Shown here: one piece after another, positions 12,184 through 24,356 of the stretch
How positions within the stretch are numbered: the first letter of the stretch is position 1
How the letters are laid out: every line of letters starts with the position of its first letter
Source of the DNA: Mobula hypostoma
Lineage: Eukaryota
Assembly (NCBI RefSeq): GCF_963921235.1
Contig: NC_086097.1
Span: 184,080,001-184,144,000 of the forward strand
Direction of reading: 5' to 3'
Length of the DNA stretch: 64,000 bases
The notes under the pieces: generated by a model
Databases searched by the model: none
What the model was told of the DNA's origin: nothing
Seen by the model: the letters and a program-made list of their open reading frames with translations, nothing else
Made by a program: the position numbers and the translations under genes

Positions 12184-12680
12184 TCTGCACCAACCATGAT
12201 GACAATTTAATTTAATCTCATCTGCCTGCACATGGTCCCATGTCCCTCAATTCCTTGTCTGTTCATATCTCCAACTAAATGACTCTTAAGTGCTCCTATT
12301 ATATCCACTTCTATCACCTTCCCTCGCAACGGATTCCAAGCATACAGCACTTTGTGTGAAAAATCTTGCCTTACAAATCTCCTTTAAACTCTCTCCCTTC
12401 ACTTTAAACCCAAACCCCCTAGTGTTTGACATTTCCACTGTAGGAAATGTATCTAGCCTATTTATGTCTCTCATGATTTTATGTACTTCTATCACATTAC
12501 CCATTAGCCTTTGACATTCGAAAGAAAACAATGCTTCTGTGCGCTTTCTAAACCCTTCTTCTTTCCTACAGGTTTGTAACCAGAAATGCAACAAAATCAC
12601 AAAAGTGGCCTAATCAAAGTTTTATACAGTTGTAACATGATTTCACATCTTTTATCCTCAGTGTCCAAATTGGTGAAGAC
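12184..12680 (-). mobile_element. Old CR1 3' fragment
   Basis: FSFECQRLMGNVIEVHKIM..TRGFGFKVKG..FFTQ. Confidence 0.75.
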
Positions 12681-14095
12681 CAATTTTCCCTCTAATTTTT
12701 AGTAGTCAGTGTGCGCAAAAATCTTATGTTGTGCAAATTTTTTTCCTGTGACAAAAGTATGTGCGCACTGAATGCACACTTGGCACAGTTTATGTAAGTT
12801 TACAAAACATTTGACATAAAACTGCACAGAATAACAACAAAATAACATACATACTTAAGTCACTCAGTTATTTTATCTCTCTCCTGTCTTTGGCATTTAC
12901 CCATTCTTTATAAACTCTATCTAGACTAATAGAACTTCTATCCAATTGATAGCTTTTGATTCTCATTAATATACCCAAATGGCATTCACCTAAATGGTTT
13001 ATCAGCTTGTTTTTGAGCTGATTCACTAGGCTAAAACCTCGCTCACAGTCCGCACTAGACACAAGAAAGGTTCCCCCAATGTCCATCAACTGTGCAAGGT
13101 CGCAAAACTGTTCATTTTGAAGTACAAATGCCACCATTGGAGCAAAGTTTGAAATTGGTTTGGATTTAATTTTTTCTTGCACAGAAAATTTGAAATCATT
13201 AAACTGGTTAACTATTACAATATTTTCAGCTAGAAAATCATGATATTTTAGACATAAGGCATTAACTTGTTCATCGCCAAATGTGAAGTCACAATCTGCA
13301 ATTGCGGAGAAATCAAAAGCTGACCATTCTTGTACCTCAACTTTAATCTCCTTTGGGTTTGATTGTCTTCACTCTCGCTCATCTGCACTCAACCGTAACA
13401 TGCATAGCACTCCTGTAACAGGTAATGGCAGGTTCTGTTGCCTGACCTTTTGTACACCATCCAAATGCGATTTACTTGCCAAATGTCGCTTCAAAAAGTC
13501 AAGTTTCCAAATATCATCCCATTTCTTTCCACTAGCAAGTTCTCAAGCAACTTTCGCATCACGATGATACAAAGTTTCCGAATCATACATAAATATTTCT
13601 CATAGCTGAACGTTCATGACCTCATGAGCTTTCGGTGTAGCAGTTTCTACTATTTTGTTAAGCCATTCAACTTTAAACAAATTTGCAGTTCTTTTGCGCT
13701 TCACGCCCTTCGCGTCTTTTGAATTCAACATAGTGAATCAATATTCTTTTCCAATGAAAACTTAGTAAGCTATCTACAGGATTTGAAACAGACCTTTATA
13801 AATTTTATGATATGAACACTGTCCGCCAAACATGGCTGCCGCCGTGATGCAGCTGTACAAAGCGGAACAGGATAGGTGAGGTGACGTAAATTTGTGATGT
13901 GCATTGTGGTATTTGAAAAACCAACTAACTAGTTAACAGAAACAGTCAGCTAAAATATTATTTTCAGTAAGTATAATTATTAATTACTACATTATTTTAG
14001 GTAACTAACTTTATGTGCACACATTAATTTCCTTTGTGCGCTGGTTGAAAAACGTATGTGCATGCGCACATGCGCACAGCTTAGAGGGAACTATG
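12681..14095 (-). mobile_element. Internally deleted hAT transposon (ZNF862/C17orf113-like transposase remnants)
   Basis: 8-bp TSD GTGAAGAC at 12673-12680 and 14096-14103; TIRs caattttccctctaa / ttagagggaactatg; ATG at 13731 (FKVEWL..LKRHLASKSH) apparently joined near 13340 to the dimerisation region SSADCERGFS (12868-13182). Confidence 0.92.
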
Positions 14096-14300
14096 GTGAA
14101 GACTTAATATTAACTGTTCTTTCTAGACATGTTGCAGTATGTATCTTTTAATTTGAGCTTTTTATCTATATATGTACATAACTGGCAGCTTTTATAGCAA
14201 TTTGTCGCCTTGAATGCACACACCACAGATATTTCCTCTGTTCTCTTCATGTTTCCCCTCTCTCAACTTAAAGCATCTTGTTTTTTTTTTCTCCTTTTCC

Positions 14301-14337
14301 AGTTCTGATGAAGGATTATCAGCTTGAAATATTGACT
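14301..14337 (+). ncRNA. Minimal type I hammerhead motif in an old Penelope pLTR relic (~14270-14420)
   Basis: agtt-CTGATGA-aggattatcagctt-GAAAT-ATT-gact; stem II weak. Confidence 0.5.
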
Positions 14338-15084
14338 CCATTTCTCCCCTTACAAATGCTATTTGATCTGCTGACTGCTTTAGCATTTTCTGTTTTTGTT
14401 TCAAATTTCTAGCATTTGCAGTTCTTCACCCAACTAATGTTCTAAAAGCCTTAGCACTGCTAAATTAAATCACATGCCATTCCACAGTGTCAGCTTTTCT
14501 ATAGAAAACTATCCTACAGAATGTGCCTTGGTGTTTTATTGTTTCAATCTATTTTCTCTGTATTGTATATCTAATATGGTTTGTGAACAACAATTGTTCC
14601 CTTGAGCTATTGCCACTTTCAGGATTGTTTCACGTGACTAATTGCTCCCTGGGCTGTAGGAATGCACCTAGAGGTAGGCTGTTTTGAACCTTCAATTAAA
14701 ATGCACATTATTTTTGTGCCTCATGTGAATTAGCCTGTGCACTCTCAAAGTACTTTATTAGTAGTTCAGAATGACCAAACACCTAAAAGTTTTCTCTTCC
14801 TGGTGGCCCTGTATCAGCAATATACCAGTGGTAGTGGATCATAGATTATTTCTGTTGATTTTATTTCCCAACTGACCTCCATATGATTTCCAGCATTCAT
14901 AGAAGGAGACCATTCAACCATTCAGTTTAGCAGCTGACAGAACTACCTCATTCCACCTCCCCACCCCCAACACAACTCATTTCCCCTGTAATCTATTCAG
15001 CCCATATTTCCAACATTGTACCAGGTACTTGCAATAAGGGTGACTTACAGCTGTCAATTAACTGATGAACTTGAACCTGCACCT

Positions 15085-15200
15085 CTAGATTAGGAAGGAA
15101 ACCAGAGCATCTAGAAGAAATCCATGCAGTTCAGGGAGCATGTGCAAGCTGCACACAGACAGTATTGGCGATGAAGTTTACAGCCAGGTTGCTGGGGAAC
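15085..15200 (-). mobile_element. V-SINE relic
   Basis: ggaaaccagagcatctagaagaaatccatgcag..tgcacacagac matches a reversed V-domain. Confidence 0.6.
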
Positions 15201-15263
15201 TGTAAGACCTTCTAGATGTGCCACTCTACTGCAATTGCTACAACTGATATTTTTGACTTGCAG

Positions 15264-15332
15264 GTTGTAAAGTACCGTACGCACCATGACAGCTGCCTGA
15301 CAAACCTCAGTGATACTCCTTTGAGGATCTAG
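15264..15332 (+). CDS. Putative terminal coding exon of host gene A (VVKYRTHHDSCLTNLSDTPLRI*)
   Basis: Acceptor ttttgacttgcAG, phase 0, TAG at 15330-15332; ATTAAA at 15511-15516. Confidence 0.5.
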   Translation, partial: VVKYRTHHDSCLTNLSDTPLRI

Positions 15333-16193
15333 AATGATCTAATACATCACTACGCCATTTGTTATGAGCAGTAATTTCTTGTTCACTTCAATGGCTGTAT
15401 TTGAGCACATGCTTTGGACATGTAGCTGTAAATTAATTTTCAGCTGCATTTGGATCAGAAAAAATTCAAAACTTTTATAAAATTCTTCAGTAAGCGGAAG
15501 ATAAGCCCCCATTAAACTGTTTGGATACTAAAGCTATCAGCAATAACACCTCATCTCTAAACCTGACTGGAATTACACAATGAAACTGTCAGAAAGGTGA
15601 AAGAGAAAACAGCCACCAGTACATTGCTCATACTTGTTCCAGTTCAGCCAAACAGAGCAATAAGGGGAAAATAGATTTGAACAATAACACATATGGGTAT
15701 ACCAAATATATTCCTAGTGACTCACACACATTGTGGAATGTAATGATTATTAAGGATCATTTTCTTGGTCTGTCATACCTTCTGAACCTTCATTTAGATT
15801 AACAGCTGTATTCTACTTCAAGAATGCACTGATGTTGTAGGACTCATTCAAAATTGCATTTTCATTGATAAGCAGGAGACGGCAGATAAATTCCTCTGAA
15901 CCTCCTTTAGTTTACTTTATGATGACTGAACAAATCCATTCTTTTCTTTAAAATTCAAACTGGCAATTTTGTTGCTCATTGCAAATGATGGAGCACTGAT
16001 TATATTATCTCATTTTGAGATGTGACTTTCTTCACTACATCCGTTTCAGAAGAAGATGGGGAACATTCTCCTTCAGGAAAATGTGAATCTGCTTGAGTGG
16101 ACAATTTTGATGTATGGTGCAGCAGGGAATTTGCTCAGTGTTTTATCACCTGAACCATCATCAAGATCAACATCAGCCAGAATAACCAGAATT

Positions 16194-16286
16194 TCAGTTA
16201 TCCAGATACTTGTGGAATTTGGGCACTCTATAGTCAAATCTTTTTTGTCCAGTTGTGAGTATCATTGCTCTAATTTGGAAATAAAC
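16194..16286 (-). CDS. Putative terminal coding exon of host gene B (VYFQIRAMILTTGQKRFDYRVPKFHKYLDN*)
   Basis: Acceptor ttttctattaAG, phase 0, matching the end of exon 37769-37799; TGA at 16194-16196. Confidence 0.5.
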   Translation of the reverse strand, partial: VYFQIRAMILTTGQKRFDYRVPKFHKYLDN

Positions 16287-16459
16287 CTTAATAGAAAACC
16301 AAATGATCATTTATCTGTATTCGCGACAGCGTCTGTCAGAACTACACTGGGACTGCAGCAACAGCTTTGATGGGGTGTAATGAATAAGGACATATGAATT
16401 CAGCAAGACTTACTTAGACAGCTTCTTGCATCTTTGAACATCGCCACCTTGCCTTGAGT

Positions 16460-19175
16460 CATGGCATCATGCAGAAATACAGCACAAATACAGGTACTTT
16501 GGCCCAAAAAATCCATGCTTAGCACAGTGTCCACAAAGTCACTTTCCGCGTTCGGCCTATGTCCCATTCCGTGTACCTGTCCAGTGTTTTTTAAATTATA
16601 CTGTGGTACCTGCCTCCAGTACAGTTTGTTCCATATACTCAATACCTCCTGCATGAGAAATTTGCCACTCAGTTCCCTTTTAAATTTTTCCACTTTCATT
16701 CCTAAATCTATGCCCCCCCCCCCGCCACAGCTTTGGACTTCGTAGCCTGGCCAACCTCTCCGTATAACTCAGGCCCTCTGGTCCTGGCAACATCCTTGTA
16801 ATTCTTTCACACACTCTTTCCAGTTTAATCGTATCTTTCCTATACTAATGTGACCAAAACTGTACACAGTGCTGCAAGTGGAACCTCACGAGCTTATACA
16901 TTGGCAACATATTGTCCCAATTCCTCTACTCGGTTTCCTGACTGATGAAGGCCTCTGTGCTTAACATTGTTTTCACCACCCTGTCCATGACGTCTTTTTT
17001 AATGAATAATGCACTTGCATTCCCAATTTTCCCTCTTCCATTACAGTTCCTAGTGCACTACCATTCATGGTATAAGTCTGTCGCAGGTTTGACTTTCCAG
17101 CGTGCATCACCCTATACCTGTTCATATTGAAATCTATTTGCTAGTCCTCAGCCCACTTCCCTAACTGATCCAAGTCCACCTATAACCCACAATAAACTTT
17201 TTCACTATCAACAACACCTCTTAATTACATGTCATATACTTATACTTTTGAATCTAAATCATTTATATAAATGATGAATAACAGGAGTCCCAATACTCGT
17301 TCCTGTGGCACACCACTAGTCACCAGCTTCCATTGTGAGAAATAACCTTCAGCCACTACTCTCTGCTTTCCATCTCTGAGACAATTTTGAACCCACCAAA
17401 CTAGCTTTCTGTGGATTCCACAGAACCTAACCTTGCAGACTAGCCTACCATGTGGAACCTTGTCCAAGGCTTGCTAATGTCCAACAAGAAAACCTCCACT
17501 GCTCTAATTTCATCTACCTTTTTGATTACCTTCCCAAAAAGCTCCAAAGGTTTGATAAGTCACAGCTTCCTATGCACAAAGCCTGCTAATTATTCCTAAT
17601 CAGACTCTGTCCACACAAATGTGGGAGTAAAAGAGTCCTTCTCTGGTTAGCTGCCAGTGACTAGTGGTTTTCTGCAGGGGTTGGTGTTGGGACCGTTTCT
17701 TTTATGCTGCATATCAATGATTTAGCTGATGGAGTAGATGGCTTTGTTGCCAAGTTTCCAGATGATACGAAGATTGGTGGAGGGGCAGGTAGTGTTGAGG
17801 AAACAGGAAGGCTGTAAAGGACTTAGACAGATTAGTAGAATGGGTAAGAAAGTGGTGAATCAAATACAGTGTTGGAAAATGTGTAGTCATGTACTTTGGC
17901 AGAAGAAATGAATGTGCAGTCTATTATCTAAATGGGGAAAAAAGCCAAAAATTTGAGAAACAAAGGGACTTGGGAGTCATTGTGTAGAACACCCTAAAGG
18001 TTAACTGCAGTTCAGTCGGTGGTTCGCATTCTAGAGGTCCAGAAAACAAGAGCAGGAATGTGATGCTGAGGCTTTATAAGGCACTGGTGAGGCCTCACTT
18101 TAAGTATTGTGAACAATTTTGGGCTTCTTATCTAAGAAAAGATGTGCTGGCATTGGAGAAGTTTCAGAGTAGGCACACAAGAATGATTCCAGGAAAGAAA
18201 GGGTTATCATATGAGGAATGTCTGATGGCTCTGTATTCCTTGGAATTTAGAAGGATGTGGGGGGAGGGATCTCATTGAATCATTTTGAATATTGAAAGGC
18301 CTAGACAGGGTAGATGTGGAAAGGGTGTTTCCTATGGTGGGGGAGCCTAGGGCAAGAGGGCACAGCCTCAGGATAGAGGGACGTCCATTTAAAACAGAAA
18401 TATGGAGAAATTTGTTCAGTCAGAGAATGATGAATTTGTGGAATTTGTTACCACATTCAGCTATGGAGGCCAGATCATTTTGAGTGTATTTCAGGCAGAG
18501 CTTGACAGGATCTTGATTGGCCATGGCATTAAAGGTTACAGGGAGTGGGGCAGAGGAGGGGAGAAAAAAGGTTCAGCCATGATTGAATGGCGGAACAGAA
18601 CCGATGGGCCAAATGGCCTAATTCTGCTCCTATGTCTTATGGTCTTATGGTTAAATGCAGGTAGGTCCTGCCCCTCAGAATTACCTCCAGTAACATCCCC
18701 ACTACTCATATCAGCTGACTGAGCTACAGTTCCCTGGCTTGCTCTAACTATCCTTCTCAAACTATAGAACAATTTATCCTCTTTCCGTTCTTTGGGAACT
18801 TCACTAGTAACTAATGATGAAGCAAATATTTGACAAGGGCCTCTGCAATTTTCTCCCTAGCCTCCAACAAAGTCAAGGATGCATTCAGTCAGGCCCTGGG
18901 GATTTATCCACCTTAAGGTGCAAATATCTTCGCCTTGGTATCATGGATTTTCTCCAAAGCATTTCCACTAGTTTCCCTTAATTCTTGAACAACAATGATT
19001 TTCTCCTCAGTAAACACTAAGGAGCAATATTCATTAAAATTATCCATTTCCTGTGGCTCAAGACACAGGTGGCCCTGCTGATCTTTGAGCAGACTTACTC
19101 TCTCCCTAGCCAGCTTTTTACTCTTAATATAGCTATAGGACCTCATGGGATTTTCCTTAATTTCATCTCTCTTTG
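16460..19175 (-). mobile_element. Old CR1 ORF2 remnants, interrupted by a + strand CR1 at 17620-18650
   Basis: DKVPHGRLV..TSGVPQ..YINDLD (17240-17467); KENPMRSYSYIKSKK (18913-19191). Confidence 0.75.
17620..18650 (+). mobile_element. 5'-truncated degenerate CR1 related to 8558-12183
   Basis: MLRLYKALVRPHFKYC..; tail tgtcttatggtcttatgg. Confidence 0.9.
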
Positions 19176-19427
19176 TAGTACAGTAAATCATGAAGTGGAC
19201 CTCATGCGGTACTTGAAGATGGTAGGCAGGAACAATTGATACTGGCTGAGTATCACAAAACTAGCCCTCAATGTTATAGAACTAGATCAGATTAAATGCA
19301 TCTGGCACTATTAATTTGTCTTGAATGAGTCCTTCAGCATTCATCTCATAACCAGAACAGATTATACCTTAAAGGCACACCAAGCTTTTCCTTGATTATA
19401 TTTCTAATTCTAGAAATCAACAAGATA

Positions 19428-19581
19428 CTGGTCGACCTTCACTAATCCGATCACCTGTAATCCGGTTCCTTCGATAATCCGGCACTGATTATGCTTAATG
19501 GGATCCTTCTGTAATTCGGCATTTTCACTAATCCGGCACTCCTCAGGTCTCAATGGTGCCGGATTAGTGAAGGTTGGCATG
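19428..19581. mobile_element. Tigger/pogo-type MITE (154 bp)
   Basis: TA flanks at 19426-19427 and 19582-19583; TIRs ..accttcactaatccg / cggattagtgaaggt..; internal repeated taatccgg. Confidence 0.8.
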
Positions 19582-19652
19582 TACAACTTACTGACTTTTT
19601 GTATGTCCCTTTTCTAATTTCTAAACACCAAGCAGTCAACTAGATGACCTAT

Positions 19653-22600
19653 TGTTGTCTATTTAATATTTCAGTAACATTTGAGTAATATTGTAAATAT
19701 ATTGTTTGATTAAGCATTCTTTGTTGTTTACATAATTCATTATGGGTTATATGTAAAAGTACGTGAAAGGCATATGTCATTATGCCACCACATTATCAGA
19801 GCAAGTCTCAGAAATGTAAAAATGCAACAAACATGCAACTCCTAGCCCCATGTTTTTCTTTTGATTAGTTTTATGTTTTGGAAGTACAAAACATAATGGT
19901 GGTGATGAGTATGTTTTAAAATGAACCTCGGATGAAAACCTACCTGTTGAAGCACAGCAAGATGTTCAAGTAAAAAATGTTCAAGCATGTTTTTTCTTCA
20001 AAAGCAGAGAAAGAAACATTCAAGTAAAAAAAAAAGCATAGCACTTTTTTTCTTCTGAAGCGGGGAGGGAAAGATGGTTGTTAAAAAAAGGCTGGATGAA
20101 ATTCATGGGTTGAAAAACAGTGAGGAGATAGTAATAATAATATTTTTTGTAAGAAACCAGAGATGGCTGGCTACGTTGGAAAGATAGACATGTTCAATCG
20201 CACAGCAGTTAACTGGTTTATGTATACGGAAAAAAATTCAGCAATATTTTAAAGGAAACGGACTAGCTTATGAGAAACAAGTGCCAGTTTTACTGAATGC
20301 ATTAGGTGGGAAAGCATACAGTTTGCTTAGATATTTAATTGCTCCAACCAAATCAGCCGAAATGAATTTGACTGATATTATGAATGTTGATTGCAGAATG
20401 TTTTAGGTTTCATAAGCAGAATCAAAAGGAAGAGGAATCCATTTTAGTGTATGTGGCTGACTTGAAGACGTCTAAGTGATGGGCTTAATAATGCCCACGA
20501 GAGATTGTTTAGTTCATGGCATCTTATAAGAAAGCATTCAATAAGGGCTTGTAACTGAGGCACAATTCACATTTAAAAGAGCAGATCAAATCACAGTATC
20601 AATAGAATCTGCAACCAGAGATGCAATTAACTTGCAGTCAGAAATGAAAGCGAACGTGAACAAAATTACATCTAAACAGAAATCTGCCTGGCTGAACAAG
20701 TTGTGTTATCATTGTAACAGGGACTCACATACACCAGACCAATGTAGATCTAAATGAGAAACTTTAGAAAATGCAACAAAATAGGATACATACAAAGATG
20801 CATGCCAGACAGACAAAAATAAATGGACTGCAGTGAGAAGAGAAAAAAGCTAAAAAGTTAAGCTGCAGTTTCAAAAAGAGCACTGATCTACATGCTGTTG
20901 ATGAAAAATCTGATAATAATGAGAGTGACACAGAACTGGGTAGCCTTGAGATTTACAATGTGAAAACTAGCAAGAAGCAAGCAATATGGTTTACACCAGG
21001 AGTGAATGGCAAATTCATTAAAATGGAATTGGACACCAGATCAGCTGTTTCAGTCATTACACAAAATGAGATTGAACAGCATTTCAAAGATACTGAGGTG
21101 AAGCCTGCAGATAGCCAACTAAGAACTTATACTGGAGAAAAGATAACTTGTTGGAAAAACATTGGAACAGGTAAATACAACAACCAACAAGCCACATTCT
21201 GCTTGTATGTGGTAAAAACAGGAGGGCCAGCATTGTGGGGCCATAATTGGCTGAGACAATTACAACTTGATTGGAGATCCATCCACATCCCCTGCAGTAG
21301 AATCAATGTAAACTAATTAAGAAAGGTACAGAATGATACCAAAGCAGTGGTCAAGGATGGCATTGGAAAACTCAAACATATTAAGGGTATGCTGTGTACA
21401 TACATCTACTGATGCTTCTGGAAACATCTTCAGTGAAGTTCCTGGAATCATCGGGTGTTTTGGGTCTTTCAACATCATACAACCTCCTCCAGGTGACCCA
21501 GCCGGGGCTGATCAGACCCCAGCTTGTGTCCAGATGGCTAGCTACTTATGACTCCATGGCTCCCCTCTTTTGAGCCACAGCCATCTTAAGGCCCTCTCTG
21601 CCACATCGGTGGTACTGCGGATGGCTCTCCTCTTCCTTTCTCCCTCGATACCCAAAATGCTGAAGGCTCTAACTAAAGAATGGGCTACGAATCCCCTACA
21701 ACCAACCTCCACTGGGAGACACCTCGCTCTCCATCCAGCCTGCTGACAGTTGCCGACCAGTCCTGCGTACTTGGAGAGCTTCCTTTCAAAGGCCTCTTCT
21801 AAGCTATCTTCCCGTGGGACTGTCAGCTCCAGCAGCACCACTTGCTTAGTAGACTCAGACACTAGGACAATGTCCAGTCGCAGGGTGGTGGCTGCGATAT
21901 GGTTGGGGAACTTCAGCTGCCGTTCGAGGTCCACCAACAGCTGCCAGTCCCTTGCAGAGGTCAGAATGCCTGCAGATGTTCTTTTGGCAGGTATTGGCTG
22001 CTCCCCAGCTCTGACAAAGGCAATGGTCTGCTTGGAGGGTCGGGACCGCTTCGCCCACTCAACTCCTGCGCTGACAGCTTCAGCGATGGTCTTCAGGATC
22101 TGATCATGCCTCCACCTGTACCGTCCCTCACCAAGTGCCCTTGCACAGCCGCTGAGGATGTGCTCCAGGGTTCCTTGCTTGGAGCACAGTGGGCACGCAG
22201 ATGACTCTGCCTTGCCCCATGTGTGCAGGTTTGATGGGCTTGGAAGCACATCGTACACTGCCTGGATGAGAAGTTGGATGCGGTATGGTTCGGCTTTCCA
22301 AAGATCAGCCCAGGTCACTTTCCTCTCAACCGCATTCTCCCATCTTGTCCAAGCTCCCTGTTGCTTCATTCCCACTGCCTCACAGGCTCTCATCTCCTCC
22401 ACTACTGCTCTCACCTCCTCCTGAACTAGACGACGCCTTTCCTTCCCTCTGGTGTCCATTTGGGGAGTTGGAAAGGATCCTAGCCCAGCTCGGCCTCGTG
22501 TGACCACTCCCACCAGCCTCCTGTGACGCAGCCTCGCCTCTGCCTCCTGAACAGCTTCCTCTGCCCTCTACTTCCTGCCAGTACTTACTTGGATCCCTGC

Positions 22601-24356
22601 TCTAGCCACCTTCGGGTCACTTGAATCCCTATACTGTAGCACTTCTCTGGCTCTTGTTACCTTGACTTCTTCCTCCAAGGATTTGAAGGGCAGTTGCAGT
22701 TCGATGCTGCTCAGGCTCTTTGGCAGCCCCAGCCATCTCCTGAGGTGGTTGCTAACCCTCCTCTCTAAAGTTTCGACTGTCGAGATCGGAACTGCATAGA
22801 CGAGGAGGTGCCACAGGATTCTGGGAAGAATGCCATGCTGATACACCTAGGCTTTAAACTTCCCAGGTAGGCCAGACCTGTCCACAGATTTCAGCCAGCC
22901 ATCCAACTCAGTGCAGGAAAATAATGTTAAATGAAAGTGCCAAAACCAAATTTTACAAAGCCGATCCAGTTCCTTATATCATCTGTGATAAAGAGGCCAG
23001 TGAGCTAGATTGCACGGAGGCTGAATGAATTCTTTCTCAGGATGAGTGAGGCCCATGGGCAATGCCAATCATCCCAGTAGCCAAGAAGAATAGATCTCTC
23101 AGGGTCTGTGGTGTTTATAAGATCACCATCACGTTCCCTTACCGCTGCAGAGAAAGATTGCACACGGATTGACAGAGAGGCCTTCAGTCTTGTTTGGGGA
23201 GTAAAACTTTTCAGCTAGTACTTGTGTGGGAGAGAGTTTACAATCATTATTGATCATCAACCATTGGTGTCTATTTTCAATCCACAGAAGGATGTTCCAC
23301 TAACAGCAGCGATGGACCCTGTTTCTTGGAGGAAGTCATTACAAATTTGAATTCAAGAAGACAATTCATCATGGAAATGCTGTTGGATTGTCCCATTGAC
23401 CCTTGGAGAAATTTACAAAAGAGGACATTCATCTTGATGTATTCTCCCTCATGGAAATCAAAAGTTTCCCTATCACGGCAGAGATGATCCAAAGGGAAAG
23501 CGGAAAAAGACCTCACACTGTCCCTGCTCTACATGGCCACTCAAAATGTTTGCAATGTGCACCACAAATCCTCATTTTAATAGCACAGGAATGGACTTAC
23601 CCTTGACGTGTATCACGTTACCTGGGGATTGAGAGTTGTTCTACCATTCAAGCTGAGAGCTAGTGTTGGAGGAACTATATCCCTTTCATTTAAGCATGGT
23701 CAAAATGAAAGCATTGGCTTGAAGCTTTGTCTGGTGGCTTAGGACAGATCAGCAGATTGAACAGCTTGCCATGCACTGTTTGGGATGCCAACACATCCCA
23801 CAGCAAGATATCTAGAATTGTCAGAACCAATTCCTGCAGTCCCTGACTCAACTCCTGCAACTACCACGGAGAAGGCCCCAGACCTGAGATTGTTTTCACA
23901 ACCATAGGTCTCACTTGCCAAGTAGAGCGACCTCCCCTTGTCAATAAAGACATTATCCCACAAGAGTAAATCTACAGCGATTAAACCTTTAGACGTGAAT
24001 GGGATAAATTAAAATTTACTAACCTATAGATGTCTATATAGTAGTTGTATTTTATAGTATGCTGTGTATATAGTTGAGATACATTCTATATTGAATTGTT
24101 TTTTTAGCTAAACAGGGCGAGTATGATATTTTAATATATCAGTAATATTTGAGTAATATTGTAAATATATTGTTTAAGCATTAATGTTTGTTTAAATAAT
24201 TAATTGCAGGTTATATGTAAAAGTACATGAATGGCATACGTCATTACACCACCAAGTCATAAGTGCATTCCTCACGAAAGTAAAAACAAAGTAGGCACAT
24301 AATTCCTGGCTCCCGTGTTTTCCTTTTGATTTATTTTGGAGTTACAATACATGGCA
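19653..24356 (+). mobile_element. Internally deleted Mag-like Gypsy LTR retrotransposon
   Basis: LTRs ~19653-19896 and ~24122-24356; TGG PBS-like site; gag from ~20164 with two CCHC remnants (~20700-20800); protease ELDTRSAVS; RT start, RNase H (DHQPL), integrase HHCC; RT and IN cores missing. Confidence 0.88.
21390..22917 (-). mobile_element. 5'-truncated Hero-clade (RLE-type) non-LTR retrotransposon nested in Gypsy pol
   Basis: GRAGLG, QQGAW, CPLC..EHILSGC (CCHC), RWRHDQ, LDIVL..LLELTVP..ERKLSKY (restriction-like endonuclease), EVGCRGF. Confidence 0.9.

Noticed and set aside
19428..19581. Repeated taatccggcac units as a CRISPR-like array
   Set aside because: Short irregular subterminal repeats within a TA-flanked MITE; eukaryotic context, no cas genes.
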